Assembly (NCBI GenBank): GCA_964106645.2
Contig: OZ067046.1
DNA from: Podarcis pityusensis
Lineage: Eukaryota
Direction: 5' to 3' (one strand)
Length of the DNA: 64,000 nt
The notes beneath the pieces were generated by a model that was given only the letters and a program-made list of their open reading frames with translations, searched no databases and was not told where the DNA came from. Below are positions 1 through 11,974 of this stretch, one piece after another; position 1 is the stretch's first letter, and each line of letters begins with the position of its first letter. The translations under genes and the position numbers were made by a program.

Positions 1-2425
1 AATTATTCTGCAGTCCACTGATGGATCACAATCTACATCCTGTCCATCAAGCCATGTTTCTGTCCTAAAATCGTATCTCAAATCTCCAGCTCTTGTAATG
101 TCAGATGTTGAACAAAAGAGGATTAACACTATGATAAACTATTTGAATGTGAGGTGTTACTGTCATTGTGATGTACTATTAATTGCAGTTTCTCCAACAT
201 TTTAATATGTGCAGCTGTCAGTAGGGTATTTTGCTAGTATACAGTTGCAGCTAGCAATTGATGGACACTCTCCACCTAAATGTTTCATAATAAAAGAGAG
301 AATAGACTCTCTTACTACCACCCCCCCCACCATAAAATCTCTTCAATCCATGAATATATTGGATTTTAGTGGAGAACTATCACTTTACGTGTCATTGTTT
401 CTAATATTTTCTATCTATAGATGATTACTAGAGTGGTGCTAATTGAAAAAGCTTTAAAATTTGGCAAACAGAATTCATTTTCTCCCTCTCTATGTGTCCA
501 AAACATATGTCGACTAGCAGTTGAGCTCTTTCCATCCCCACTTCTCTTCTCCTCTTCTGAGCACCAAAAATATAGTTGATGAACTCTTTTAATGTTTACC
601 ATGTAATCAGTTGAAATCATCCTCAAACCCAGAGGTTCTCATATTATGGCCTACAGACCACTAGTGGTCGGCAAGCTCCATTTGTGTGGTCTACACAAAG
701 GTTATATTTCAGTAGAGATCGCCTGTACTTGGCCCTGCACCTGATTTTTCCTAATGACTGAGGTCAAGTCTCTTTTGACCAAGGACAGATGTCTCAAAAT
801 AGCAAGGCTCTGGCCTATGACCCATGATCTTCATTTTTTAAAAATGCTGTTTACTTATTTTTCCCTAAAAATTACCAGTTTAAAGGGGTTTTCTCAACCT
901 CAGACACCTCATTTCCACAATACTGCACTGATGGTGCTGAAGAGCTAAAAGGTTGTAGTAAGTAGTCTGCTGAGGCTTCCAGCAATCAAGTTGTCCCTAA
1001 TAATGATAAAATTGAGGACCATTGCTGTAACTGCATCACAGAGAAAATTATGAAACTATTTCCTCTCCTTGCTCACTTGCCCTTTGTCAGAAGAGCACAA
1101 AGAAGTGTGCACAGGCCTGCACACACCCTCCCATAGATCCAGATGCCCTACTTGTCCCCACAACCATACACACCAACTGGTCCAAGCAGGAGTAGCCTGT
1201 ATCATGGAAAGAGAAGAGTGGGCCTATGGGATCTATATATGGCTGGTGCCCATACTGGCTGGGTATTTTTCACTGAGACTTGGCTGAGAGCAAGCCTGGA
1301 AGAGAAAAAGAGAATAAAGAGCTCTGTCAAGCCTCCTGCTCAAGGGTCACTGAATCCTCTTCTCTGCAAGAGTGTTCCTCAGAGTGGCATCCTGACACTG
1401 TGTCACCCCAGCTGTGGCAGCAGGGTTGAAAGGAATGGCAGTTGGCTACCAGCTATCGCAATGAACTCTGTCTCTCTCTTGCTGTGTAGAGAGGGAGGGG
1501 GGAAGGCTAGTGTGAGGTAGATAAAACCCTAGAGAGCTGCTGCCTATCAGTACGGAAAATACCACGGTAGATAGACCAGTGGTCTGATGCTGTATAAGGT
1601 GCCTCCCTTTACCCCTAGAGTTGATTTCAATCATTCCAAGAATTATCTCAAAAGTTTTTTCTTTTCTTTTCAAATGAAGGTTTAATTTTGAGTTTTAATA
1701 ACAAAAACTACATTTTCAGTATTTACTGAAGCAATGGATATCTACCGATGCAATATACGTATGAATCCCAACTCTTCCCGTTCTTACAAAAAGGACCTTT
1801 ATTTTGCCAGAAGGAAACTTCAATCAATATTTAATTTTACAATATGATTCAGCCAATAAGGATATTCAAAATATATGGCTGTGTGTGTTTACAATGATTG
1901 TCTATGATGTGCAATAAGTAGCATCGGAATGCTGTATACTTTCGAAAGACATGTAATTATACATCAAATGCACTATGCAGTTGTATTTAAAATGTTTCTG
2001 CAAAGTTTCCATGTGAAGTGATGATTTTTTTCTTAATGCTTGCACAACCTGAGATTGCCCAGTTGGTGTTAATATTCACTAGTATTTAATAGTACCCCAA
2101 TCTGAGCTGCATTTTTATTTTTTTGACAGCACCACTCTGCTCTAAAAATAAGAATAGCCATGGTTTGGGGAATTCTGGCAATAACATTTGGACCGTTAGT
2201 CATAGGCTTACTAAAGGACAGTAGAGAGAACATAACTCTCATGGATCAAATTCACTTCATGAACTCAGTGATTCAGATCTGTCTTGATGTTTGACATTTA
2301 AGCTCTGGGCATGAACCTGATACAGTTTCACTTTTCAGATATGCTTTCTGCTCTTCTGATTCATGTTATAATGATTTCAGACATTTATGCTCAATGAAAT
2401 AATACCCTATGGCCAGGAGATGTCA

Positions 2426-2427
<2 letters not shown>

Positions 2428-2465
<38 letters not shown>

Positions 2466-2491
2466 ACACACACACACACACACACACACAC
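2428..2491. repeat. (GT)18(AC)14 compound microsatellite forming a perfect palindrome
   Basis: GT run 2428-2463 directly abutting AC run 2464-2491. Confidence 0.95.
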
Positions 2492-2551
2492 CTGAGCCCA
2501 TTGCCTTTTTTCACTTTGTTTTAATTTCTATGCTTTCCCTTATTTCTCAAG

Positions 2552-3364
2552 TTGGATTCCAAAGCATCATCCCCTCCTCTCAGGTACCGATCCTCTCCTT
2601 GTCCAGATTCTAATAAAGGGAATCTTCAGGCTGTCACCGATGAATGGTTGTCACTGACTCTTGCCGTCTCACCTTCAAGCACACCTTCCCCAACTCCTCC
2701 ACCTTTTCCCAAACTCTTTCTTTCTGATTTAGAGGAACTTGGCACTCTAGCTTTGACAGGTCCGCAGAGCGTGCTGGGGCATTCAGATAATATCACTCCT
2801 CAAGTAAAGCATGGCCATTTTGTTCCAATTACCTCACCAAAGACTTCCCACTCCTTCCCTGAATCTCCAACTTCACCTCAGCCATTTTCTTCATCTGCCT
2901 GTAAATCACCTCCTCCAGCAACCTGGTTTCATGACAGCGTGCGTAATAAGCCTGTTACCAATAGTGTAAATCTAAGTGAAATTAAATGTAGCAATTTCAG
3001 AGAGCTGAGAGGAAGCCCCACCACCAAGGAAAGGAAAAATTTCTCACAAACAACTCCGGAAGTTCAAGGAATAGCAGGCCCTGCTCTTGTTCTCTCCAAA
3101 GAAGACCCATTATTCAGAACCCTGACGGAGACTGATGAACCAGAAGAAGAAATCTGTGAAGAGCTGCTAGCGATAATCCAAGGGGGCCGGTCAAAATGTA
3201 AAGATTCAGGTTTCTACAGGCGTGCCCCTGATGTAACAGAACAACTGGCAAGGCTTCATATAGAGGAAGAGCTGAGCCAGGACAATTTAGAGTCACTCAT
3301 ATCAGTTAAGAGAGAACCTATGATACCTTGCGAAGGGGACAGTTCAGCAGATACTAAAAAAGAG
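2552..3364 (+). CDS. SORBS2: Putative large alternative SORBS2 exon (271 aa, Ser/Pro-rich, upstream of SH3-3)
   Basis: Stop-free 813 nt inside the longest ORF of the window; polypyrimidine tract plus aag acceptor at 2549-2551; GAG|gtattt donor; phase 0-0; LQAVTDEWLSLTL...TPPPFP resembles the ponsin insertion motif. Confidence 0.72.
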
Positions 3365-5346
3365 GTATTTAAACTTCTTAAGATAAACTCCTACAGTCTC
3401 ATCATGAATTCAAGTCTTAACTTTCTGTTGTGTGTGTTTCTGCCTGCATGTGCCTTTCTAGTATAAACTGCAATATTTTGAGAACAGTAGCATGCACATT
3501 AACACACAAGCCCTCTCTCCAGTTATTTTCTTTTGGAGATGGGAAAAAATGTCACATTGTAACTTGGTTTACCCTAACTGAATAAAGTCTCTCCTTCCTT
3601 CCTTCTGGGGCTAGCCGCCATTAGTTGTGGCTGTCATCAGGAATGAAAAACCATTGGTTCCTTTGATGGGCACTAAGTAGTTTGGCACAACTCCTGGTCA
3701 AACTAGAAGACATGTCAATGTGATCATACTTTCCTAGGAATTAAGGAGTGTAAAATCTGTCACCCCCATGCAATTTCCCCAATACAAATGCTCCACCACC
3801 AGACCACAGTGGCCAATTTGCCCCAGAAGGGGAGATGCTATTTGTAGCTATACCATCTCTTCTCCTATGGCAAACAGAAACTTCTGGCTTTTAATAGATA
3901 ATTAACACCTCTCCCTCTACACACGGCACTGATTCAAGTCGCACCACCACGGGATGCTATTTATTCACACACCTTTAACATGCCATCTAGTTTTGTCTCG
4001 AAAACTTTACAGTAAGTCATTCAGGAAATGCCCATTTATTTATAGGTCACTATCTTGTTCAGAAGTGACCAACATGTCCTCCGGATGTCATTGGACTAAA
4101 ATTCCTGACAGCCTCAGCAAGCATTGCCAGTAGTCAGGTAACAGTAATCCAACAGCATTTGGAAGGTACTGCATTGGCTACCCTGATCTAGTTAACTTGA
4201 ACAACTCCCCATAGGTTTCTGATATAAAGGAAGCATTACCCAGAATACCCATTAAAGTTAATGCTGCTTTATACTACCTACACATGGTGTGTATAACACT
4301 GAATTCCTTGAAATGTGAGCAAGCCACAAACAACTTCTGCTTACCCCACCACACGAAAGGTGAGGGTAGCCAGTTTACACAATCATTGCGCACAGAGCTT
4401 TGCTTGATAACAAAAAAAGAACCACCTAGCTTTAGAAACTGCCAACTGGCAGCGGTTGAGTCTGGCCCCAGCGCCATTCTAATTAGTCCCTGGTGGTTCT
4501 ACTGAATTTTAATCAAGTTATCATAAAATGTTTCCCACAGTTTTACTCATAAGAAAAGGGGGGAGGATTTTTGGCTTGTAAGATTGTCTTCCATCTAATG
4601 TTACATCTCTCTTAAGAATTTGTATGTAGCATCCCACCTGTGGAACCAGCCATTTATAATGGCCTGCCTAGTGTTTGTTTTCCAGCATCACCACTGTGCA
4701 CACACAGGCAGCAAAAACAGTGTGTCTGTTGTGGTCCCTGGTCACTTGCATTCCGCTTGAAGGGTTAGACTTGCTCCCAACGGTGTTAAAGCCTGAACCT
4801 GCATGGAGTGATCAGTTTGCATGACAAAACATGCTTCAGGCCCTTTTCTGAGAAGCAGAATGTGCCTTCGCCACCTGCAAGAATGCAAGCATTGGCTATC
4901 CTTGTCCAAGAGAGACAAGGGCTGCAATCCAGCAAACATTTTCCAGGCATACTTGTTAACTCTACATGCACAAGCCTTTTCTTTTCCTCCCTGACCTTCA
5001 CTGTACAGTAGACTGCTTTCTAAATGTGGGAGCATTTAAGAAGCAGCTTGCTGCACTGTGAGGTGCAGGAGCAGGGACCCACTATGCCAGGAGCAGGGAG
5101 CTGCTATTCAAGTAAGCAGATAGGAAACAGTCCTGCTGAGCACAGAGATTGATCCATGTATTTCCAATAATTGCATTGTCCTATATGTACTCAATTAACC
5201 CTACTGAACACAACAATGGGTCGGAAGGTTGGGGGTGTCTCATTTCCTTTCACTGGTGGTGGTGCAGTATTCCTCTCTCTGCTTTATTGCTCCCTTTGTA
5301 ATTGCTCTTCTGCTCAATTACTGTTGTCTTTCTTTAAATGTTTAAG

Positions 5347-5541
5347 CCAGCTTCACTTCCCTATGAGACGCAAGCACCTTCCACCTCTCCTTCTTGCCTT
5401 GCTTCCAGTCCTCCATTTCACTCAGCCAAAACATCTTTCTCTGAATGCGTTTCTACATCTTCCAAGCCTGCTGTCACCCACTCACCCCCTCTCCTTTCCA
5501 AACTGTCATACAGACAGGAGAAACATTCTCCAAAATTAAAG
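5347..5541 (+). CDS. SORBS2: Putative alternative SORBS2 exon (65 aa, PASLPYETQ...HSPKLK)
   Basis: Long pyrimidine-rich tract plus tttaag acceptor; AAG|gtaaca donor; 195 nt, phase 0-0, open and Ser/Pro-rich; TGCATG at 5574. Confidence 0.6.
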
Positions 5542-7550
5542 GTAACAACAATATCTGTTAGAATATGAAATGCTGCATGCTTTTTCAAATGCCTGACATT
5601 CAGGAAGCCTGGAGGTTAACCTAATAATTTAAAATCAGATTTGATGGTGACTAACATTTAATGACATAAGCATGCAGTCAGATCAAAACGTTGTAGCACC
5701 AAGTATTTAAATATACACCATTCACCAAATACTCCAACCTTCAATACACTGGTGCAACTGAGCAAAAGTTATGTCACTACTGAAATCAGTGCATCAGAAT
5801 CAGGACATGCCAAACAATAAATATATAAATCAGCAAAGGTAAAATTTTGGCACACAGAATGATTCATAGTCCTTACTTCCTACAATTTTTCTTGTCTAGA
5901 TTTTGATTCCTCCGTAATACTACTAAGACATTTGCTATACAAATTTTTATCAGTAAGGACTTCATCCAAAGCCCTTCATCCAATCTGCTAGAAAATCACT
6001 ATTGACTTTTATGGTGTGGACTTTTATCTACTCGGCTAGTATAAACATAAATAACTCATTAAAATCCTGAAGAAGCTACCTAGCATGCATATGTATTTCT
6101 TACTCTTATAGCAAGCATATTCATTCCTATTCTTGAGAGCCAAATTACACTTGCCTGCCTGGCTTCCCAGTCAGTTCTAGGAGTACACAAAGCCAGGCTA
6201 GAATTGAGACACCAGCATAGCTGGGATCCCCATACACATGACAACTTACTAACTAGGGAGAACCATGGTCTTGGAAGTCCCGATGGAAATGGACAAGTGG
6301 AAGAGGCTATCACAGGCCTCAGGTACCTTGCCATTCCTACCAGCAAACAGATAATTAGACGACTCTCTTTTTGATAACACACCTAGTCTCATAGGAAGGG
6401 ACTCAGGAGGCCCAGGGCTTCTTGCCAGGTTGGTGTTGTGTCTCATCGTAAAGTACCTGGTTAGACTCTGCCTAGGTTGATACCACTTCCATATTGCTCA
6501 ATTATAAAGCATGCATAGCAACCCTTCTGAACTCACATACAGACATTTTAGATCAAAAGCATACCACACATCTGGAATCATGTGAGGGGAAGGTGTAGCC
6601 AATCTGAACTGAAATCTCATTATTCCCTTTCATTGAATTATGCTATTCCTACCAACACTGGTCAGCCACTCACAGTGGCACGGTCTATTCACAGCTATCC
6701 AATCCACCATTGCAGGAATTCCTGCAAGAGAATATTATTCATGCACTGCTTATGGTGCTACGAATCCAGTTAGCATTTTAGCCTGTTCTATCATTAGCAG
6801 GTACTACAACTGAAACAAGAACTAGTGTAATGGCACTGAGAAATAATAAATCATTGCTTTTTGACTCAAAAAAAAAAATCACTTTGTAAGAGTGCTTTTG
6901 AATTTTGCAGAAGGAATGTGTGACCCACACTGTCTGCTTCAACACTTATTGGAATGTGCAAAGGCACTCTTAGAATCCTGTAATTGTTGTTGTTTTTTTC
7001 ACACCCATCTTCTCAGTCAAGCTTTGGAATCTAATTTAAGGAGGCATCAGCTTCATCTCCCTTTCATATATCACTTCCTCTCTACTTACATTCACTCATG
7101 CAAAAGACACATTGAGATGCTTAGAATGCAGGTCAGATTTTCGCAATGAGCTCCTTTTAATCTCTCGAGAGTTATAATGCCTCAGCTACTAATATTTTCC
7201 TCCTGGCTATGAGTGCTGTTTGCTTTTGAGGTTGCTCCATTATTAAACTTGAAAATGTACAGTGCTGCATTTTGTGATAGGATCTTCTGCCCCAGGTAGA
7301 CTGGTAGGCATTGCATTTTTTAAGTGCTTGAGGACAGGGGTGGGGTGGGGGGAGTGTCGCATTAAGGAAAATGATCATCATAGCTTTGCAACACAGTGGA
7401 TTAACAGATGTGCATGTCTTTTTGCACAAGGGCATTTTGGAGATTTGAAAGCTGGTTTGTGCAGCTTGCAAGTGAGAATGATATGACAACAGTAAAATTG
7501 CCCGTCGAGACTTTTAGGTGAATTGACCCCCATGTTTATGGTTTTTCCAG

Positions 7551-7658
7551 GCCGATTTAAAAAGAGAGATATTTGTCATCGGCAAACCTCCTCGTAGCCC
7601 TGTTATGACAAGGAGATCTTGCAGCTCGCCAGTCAGAGGGCACAGCTATTTACATAGG
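7551..7658 (+). CDS. SORBS2: Putative alternative SORBS2 exon (36 aa, ADLKREIFVIGKPPRSPVMTRRSCSSPVRGHSYLHR)
   Basis: gtttttccag acceptor; AGG|gtatgg donor; 108 nt, phase 0-0, open frame; in phase with the next exon at 9883. Confidence 0.68.
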
Positions 7659-9882
7659 GTATGGTACCATATGGCCCTGATATTGCCAGGTTTCCCCTAG
7701 CATAAGGAATTTGGTTTCTCATTGTGAAGTCTGGGGCTCACATGCTTAAGTAAATTCTCTTTAAAATGGAAAAAGCTTAAAATGGAAAATGGAAAAAATT
7801 CTCTTTAAAATGGAAAAAGCTTGAGTGATAAAAGTGTGGAGGCCACAGGAAGCTGTGCTTGATTTGGACTGTTCTGCTGGGGAATTGTAAATTGCAAGTA
7901 TGTGTGAAACAGCCCTAAAAAGAAGCAATTTCTCTAACCAATCTGTGTTTAACTCTCCCTTCCTTCTTAAGTAGTTCCTCTCATTTCTAAGTATCTTACT
8001 TATGAGACCATTTGCAAAGGCTAAATAAGAAGACCGCATTCGTAATGTCTATGTTGCTGTTCCTTGTCGTTTCCAAATGCATGATCGCACACACACACCA
8101 AAATATTTTGCTGCTATGGCAACATATGTTGCACTCACTTGACGCCATGCTTTTTCATCACACTGATTCTCTGAGCTGCCATCTGCATCAGCTTTTTCTT
8201 GCTTATTCACATTAAGCTGCATCCTCTATACAGTTCAATCTCTTATTATAATTGTCCATACTCTGTCTTTGAAAGTAATGTGTGTGATTTCTGCATTTTA
8301 TGTACAAACCAAATGTTATACATATTTGAATCTAATCGTTTTTGTATACATTACAAACTTCATTTATCTGAACTACAAGAGGAGTCAGGGATGATCATGT
8401 TTGCATTAAGATGTTTATGTTTGAAAAAATGTAAGTGTTCTTATAGTGTTACAATCATGTACAGTTCCACGGAAAAACTATTGGATGCTTATTTATGAGG
8501 CTTAATTATTTATGAGGCTTGTAAAAGGCAAGGGCCTTTTACCAAGAAAGCTATATTCCTTTCTCATCAACCATTTGTTGACCATATGATCCCGAGACTT
8601 GATTACTTTACTGTACTCTTGATAGACCCATCTTGAAGACTAGTTAGCGTCTATAATTGGTACAAATAGTCCAGTCCTGCAAGTCCAAGGACTACCTTTC
8701 TCTCGCATTTAAGATGGAATTGGGTTATACTGATCTGAAAAAGCTCAGACTACATTGTTCACTTCATGTCCATCATTTGTGGTCCATTCATAAAATCAGG
8801 ATCCACATAAAATCAAACTATGAGACGGTTACATAAATATACCCTAATAGCTGTTCTTTTGAACTGTGAACTTCAAGTCATGAATCCTAAACCATGGATT
8901 TCCTTTTATATTTTGAAAACTTCCATATTTATTTTGTTACACTAAGTCTGCTGGGTATTTATGTATGTTTACTTACCTTTCTGTTCAATAAAGGCAGTTT
9001 CTTTTATGTTAAAAATATTCAGTTTGTTTTTCAGAACTTTAATTAATGCAAATCTGTGGTGGGAAATGAAAATTGCTTTTCAGCTTTTTTTACTGGCATT
9101 GGTTACCATTTTCCCCTTAAAAGGCTACATGTTGATAATTTATCTGCATTCTTTTAATAATTTGTTTTTCTCTTTTCTCATTCCCTATGGGATAGTTTAT
9201 TTTTGTTTTTTTAAAAAAACCTTCCACAGTCCTCTCAGAACTAGGCAGTATCATTAACAAACATAGCATGTGGTAGTTGCCAAATAGATATCTGAGAGTA
9301 CTTTTGCAAGAATGTGGTATTGAGCAATCATAAGGAATGGCTGCTTGTTCGGTCAGTGTTATTCACACTGATTTGCTTTCTGCTTGTCTGAGGCTGCTTG
9401 TTTGGTTTAAAAATGTATATTCATTTGTGCATTTTATAGACTAGCAGTATATATGACACTTAACAGCTTTCTTTGGCATGGTGATATTTATGCTGATGAT
9501 AATTAAGGTTGCAAAAGGTGTTAAAGAAATCCTAGCATCTCCTCTTTTCTTTTACGCTTTGGGGGTTGGTTTCCTTTGCTTTTAGTTGTTTAATTTATTT
9601 CTGAAGCAGACAGCCAGTAAATGAGGCCTGCATCACAAATATCCTACTTGGCTCTATGTGCTTCTGCATTGTGACCTTTAGCTATTTGTTAAACTGTTTT
9701 TATATGCAGCCTCAGGACCAGTAATATGGGGAGGATTGTTGTTGTTGTTGTTGTTGTTGTTGAGCACTTGGTGAGCTGTGCATGGTGGTCCTAGGGGTGC
9801 AAATTATATAGGACTGTGGAAAGCTATACCTGGATTTGTAACCATTTATACTCTTATTACATTTCAACTCATTTCATTTCAG

Positions 9883-9932
9883 CCACAGCGCCCTGTGTTT
9901 GCTCATGAAAATATACACAGTGGGGGGGAACC
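9883..9932 (+). CDS. SORBS2: SORBS2 exon (PQRPVFAHENIHSGGEP, linker before SH3-3)
   Basis: tttcag acceptor, CC|gtaagt donor; matches remembered human PQRPVFTHENIQGGGEP. Confidence 0.93.
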
Positions 9933-11189
9933 GTAAGTATTTTAATCTACTAAAGTTTTTATCTAAATGACATTGGTAAATTTCTAGTGTGGTTGAGTAG
10001 GGAGTATTTGCCATCCCAGAAGCTGTCTACTGAGGCAGCTTGCATCCCATGGCACAGCAGTGCATGGACAACATATGTGTAATGATATGGGCGGTGTTGG
10101 CTGTCCCTTCAAAACATGCTATCTGCCTCTGACTCTCACCATTGACTCATACATAGACCCATGACCCATACTGCCATTCATTAAACGCTCCTAAAACTCA
10201 AGAGCTCCTGTTCATGCACAAGAGGCATAACATCAGCAGCATCCCTTTCAAAGTGAGTTGAAGTTGGGTTGTGCACTTTGGTCATGAACATATTAGAGAG
10301 TTTTTTCAAAACTATATGTCGAGGAACAACTCTATCTTGTTATCTTCAGTCAAAGTGATATTGGGTATTAGGCAGAAGTGGGGAGATGCACGCTGAGCAT
10401 CGCTGCTGGTTAGAGGCAAAGGGATGAAGTACAGGCTGCTCAGTGCAGTGTGAGCACAATGGCAAAGCCAATCTGCCACTGCATCTACACCACAGTGAGC
10501 TTCCCCTGCCCCTCCCCATCTCAATAACCAGCAGCAACACCTGGCACTGGGAAGCTAGGTGAGCAATGCACCACCTCACTGGTACTGTTAGCAGGGCTGG
10601 AAAAACTCTCTGAATGAGACCTTGGAAAGCTGCTCTGCCAGTCAGGAGAAACTGTACTGGCTAGATGGACCATTGGTCCAGCTAAGTAGAAGGCAACTTC
10701 ATTTTTTGTGAAAATCTAGACAGACTTCATTTGCACATAACAATGCCAGTGGAAGTTGTGCAAGTTGTGTAGCTGGTGTATTGCATCATTTTATTCAGTT
10801 GCCGAAAGCTTTCCTTTTATAGCTCCTTTGGAGTGTTAAAATCTGAACATGTATCACCATTACTGAAAACAACTTAACTGTTGTAGTTGAAATTCAAGCA
10901 CACACAAGTAAATGTCATGCTAATTAAGTTGTTACACTGAATATTCTGGCACCTCTTAGTGGTGACAGGCAACTTACAAATTACTGATCAAATTCACTTT
11001 TGGCACTTAATGCAATTTTAATCTCAGAAATGAGTTCTATTTCCAATTATGATGGGAAGTGAATTAGCTTATGAGATTTATACATAAATACCTCCTTTGT
11101 TGATGTGTTGGACATAGTACTTAAAGTAGGAAAAAGTCAAGAGTTAGCCTGCAAATGGTGTAGAGAGGGGGAGCTTTTGTATACCAACT

Positions 11190-11322
11190 GCTTAGAACCA
11201 CAAATGGGGAGAGTGCTGTTGCACTCAGATGCTTCTTGCAGGCTTCCTATAGGTTTCTGGTTGACCACTGTGAGAACAGAATGAGCCTTTGTTCTGACTT
11301 GGCAGGGCTCTTCTTATATTCT
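11190..11322 (+). mobile_element. CR1-associated 3' tail fragment
   Basis: gggagagtgctgtt...ccactgtgagaacag...tcttcttat, shared with the tail of the element at 21560-21710. Confidence 0.55.
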
Positions 11323-11974
11323 GGAAAGAAGACATGACTGGTTGTTCCTGTTCAACATTCTCGCTAGTCGGTCAATAATTTCTAACAATGAAGCATAAGA
11401 TCTGAACACTCAGTATATTAGATCTATTTTACTTAGTTACTGCACAACCCTGTAACTCTGCTTACAGCATAGTAATAACAGCAGACAATAAAAAGAATGC
11501 CAGTGCACAATCCATCACAGTTGGGCACATTTCAGTCCATTAAAATTTAAATTCTCCAGAATCCCAGGATAGGACTGCCTTACTAGGGCTCCCTCCTATA
11601 TACACATGCACCTTTATCTTTTAAGGACTGCATGAGCTCTCCATCACTTGTGTGATGCAGCAAGAGAGGACTCAGTGGACATAGGTCTGGTGCTGTCACA
11701 GGCACAAACCAATAGGTGCCTTGCCCAGTTCACATTTCATCTGGCATTGGCAGATTGCTGAGATGAACTAAGGAGGAGGTGGTAGGGAGAATACATTTGT
11801 TTTCCCTAAGGAACAAAGCATTACAAGTTTATCTTTAAGAAATGTAGTATCCACACAATAGATACTATGGCTTGGCCCTAAGGAAGTTAATTTAAGTAAC
11901 ATGGAAGGAAACATTCCCTATCCTCATTTTCGCCATGCAGTCAATTATGCCCCCTGAAAGGATGGGCTAGGGAG

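Noticed and set aside
2552-3466. 304-aa ORF as a stand-alone gene
   Set aside because: It starts at TTG directly after a splice acceptor, and the last 33 codons are intron-like sequence after the donor at 3364; better read as an internal SORBS2 exon
4690-5035. Overlapping short ORFs as a further SORBS2 exon
   Set aside because: Could not pair a convincing acceptor and donor in phase 0
7752-7822. Local duplication of aaattctctttaaaatggaaaaagctt (also ttatttatgaggctt x2 at ~8490-8520)
   Set aside because: Typical slippage micro-duplications with no sign of function
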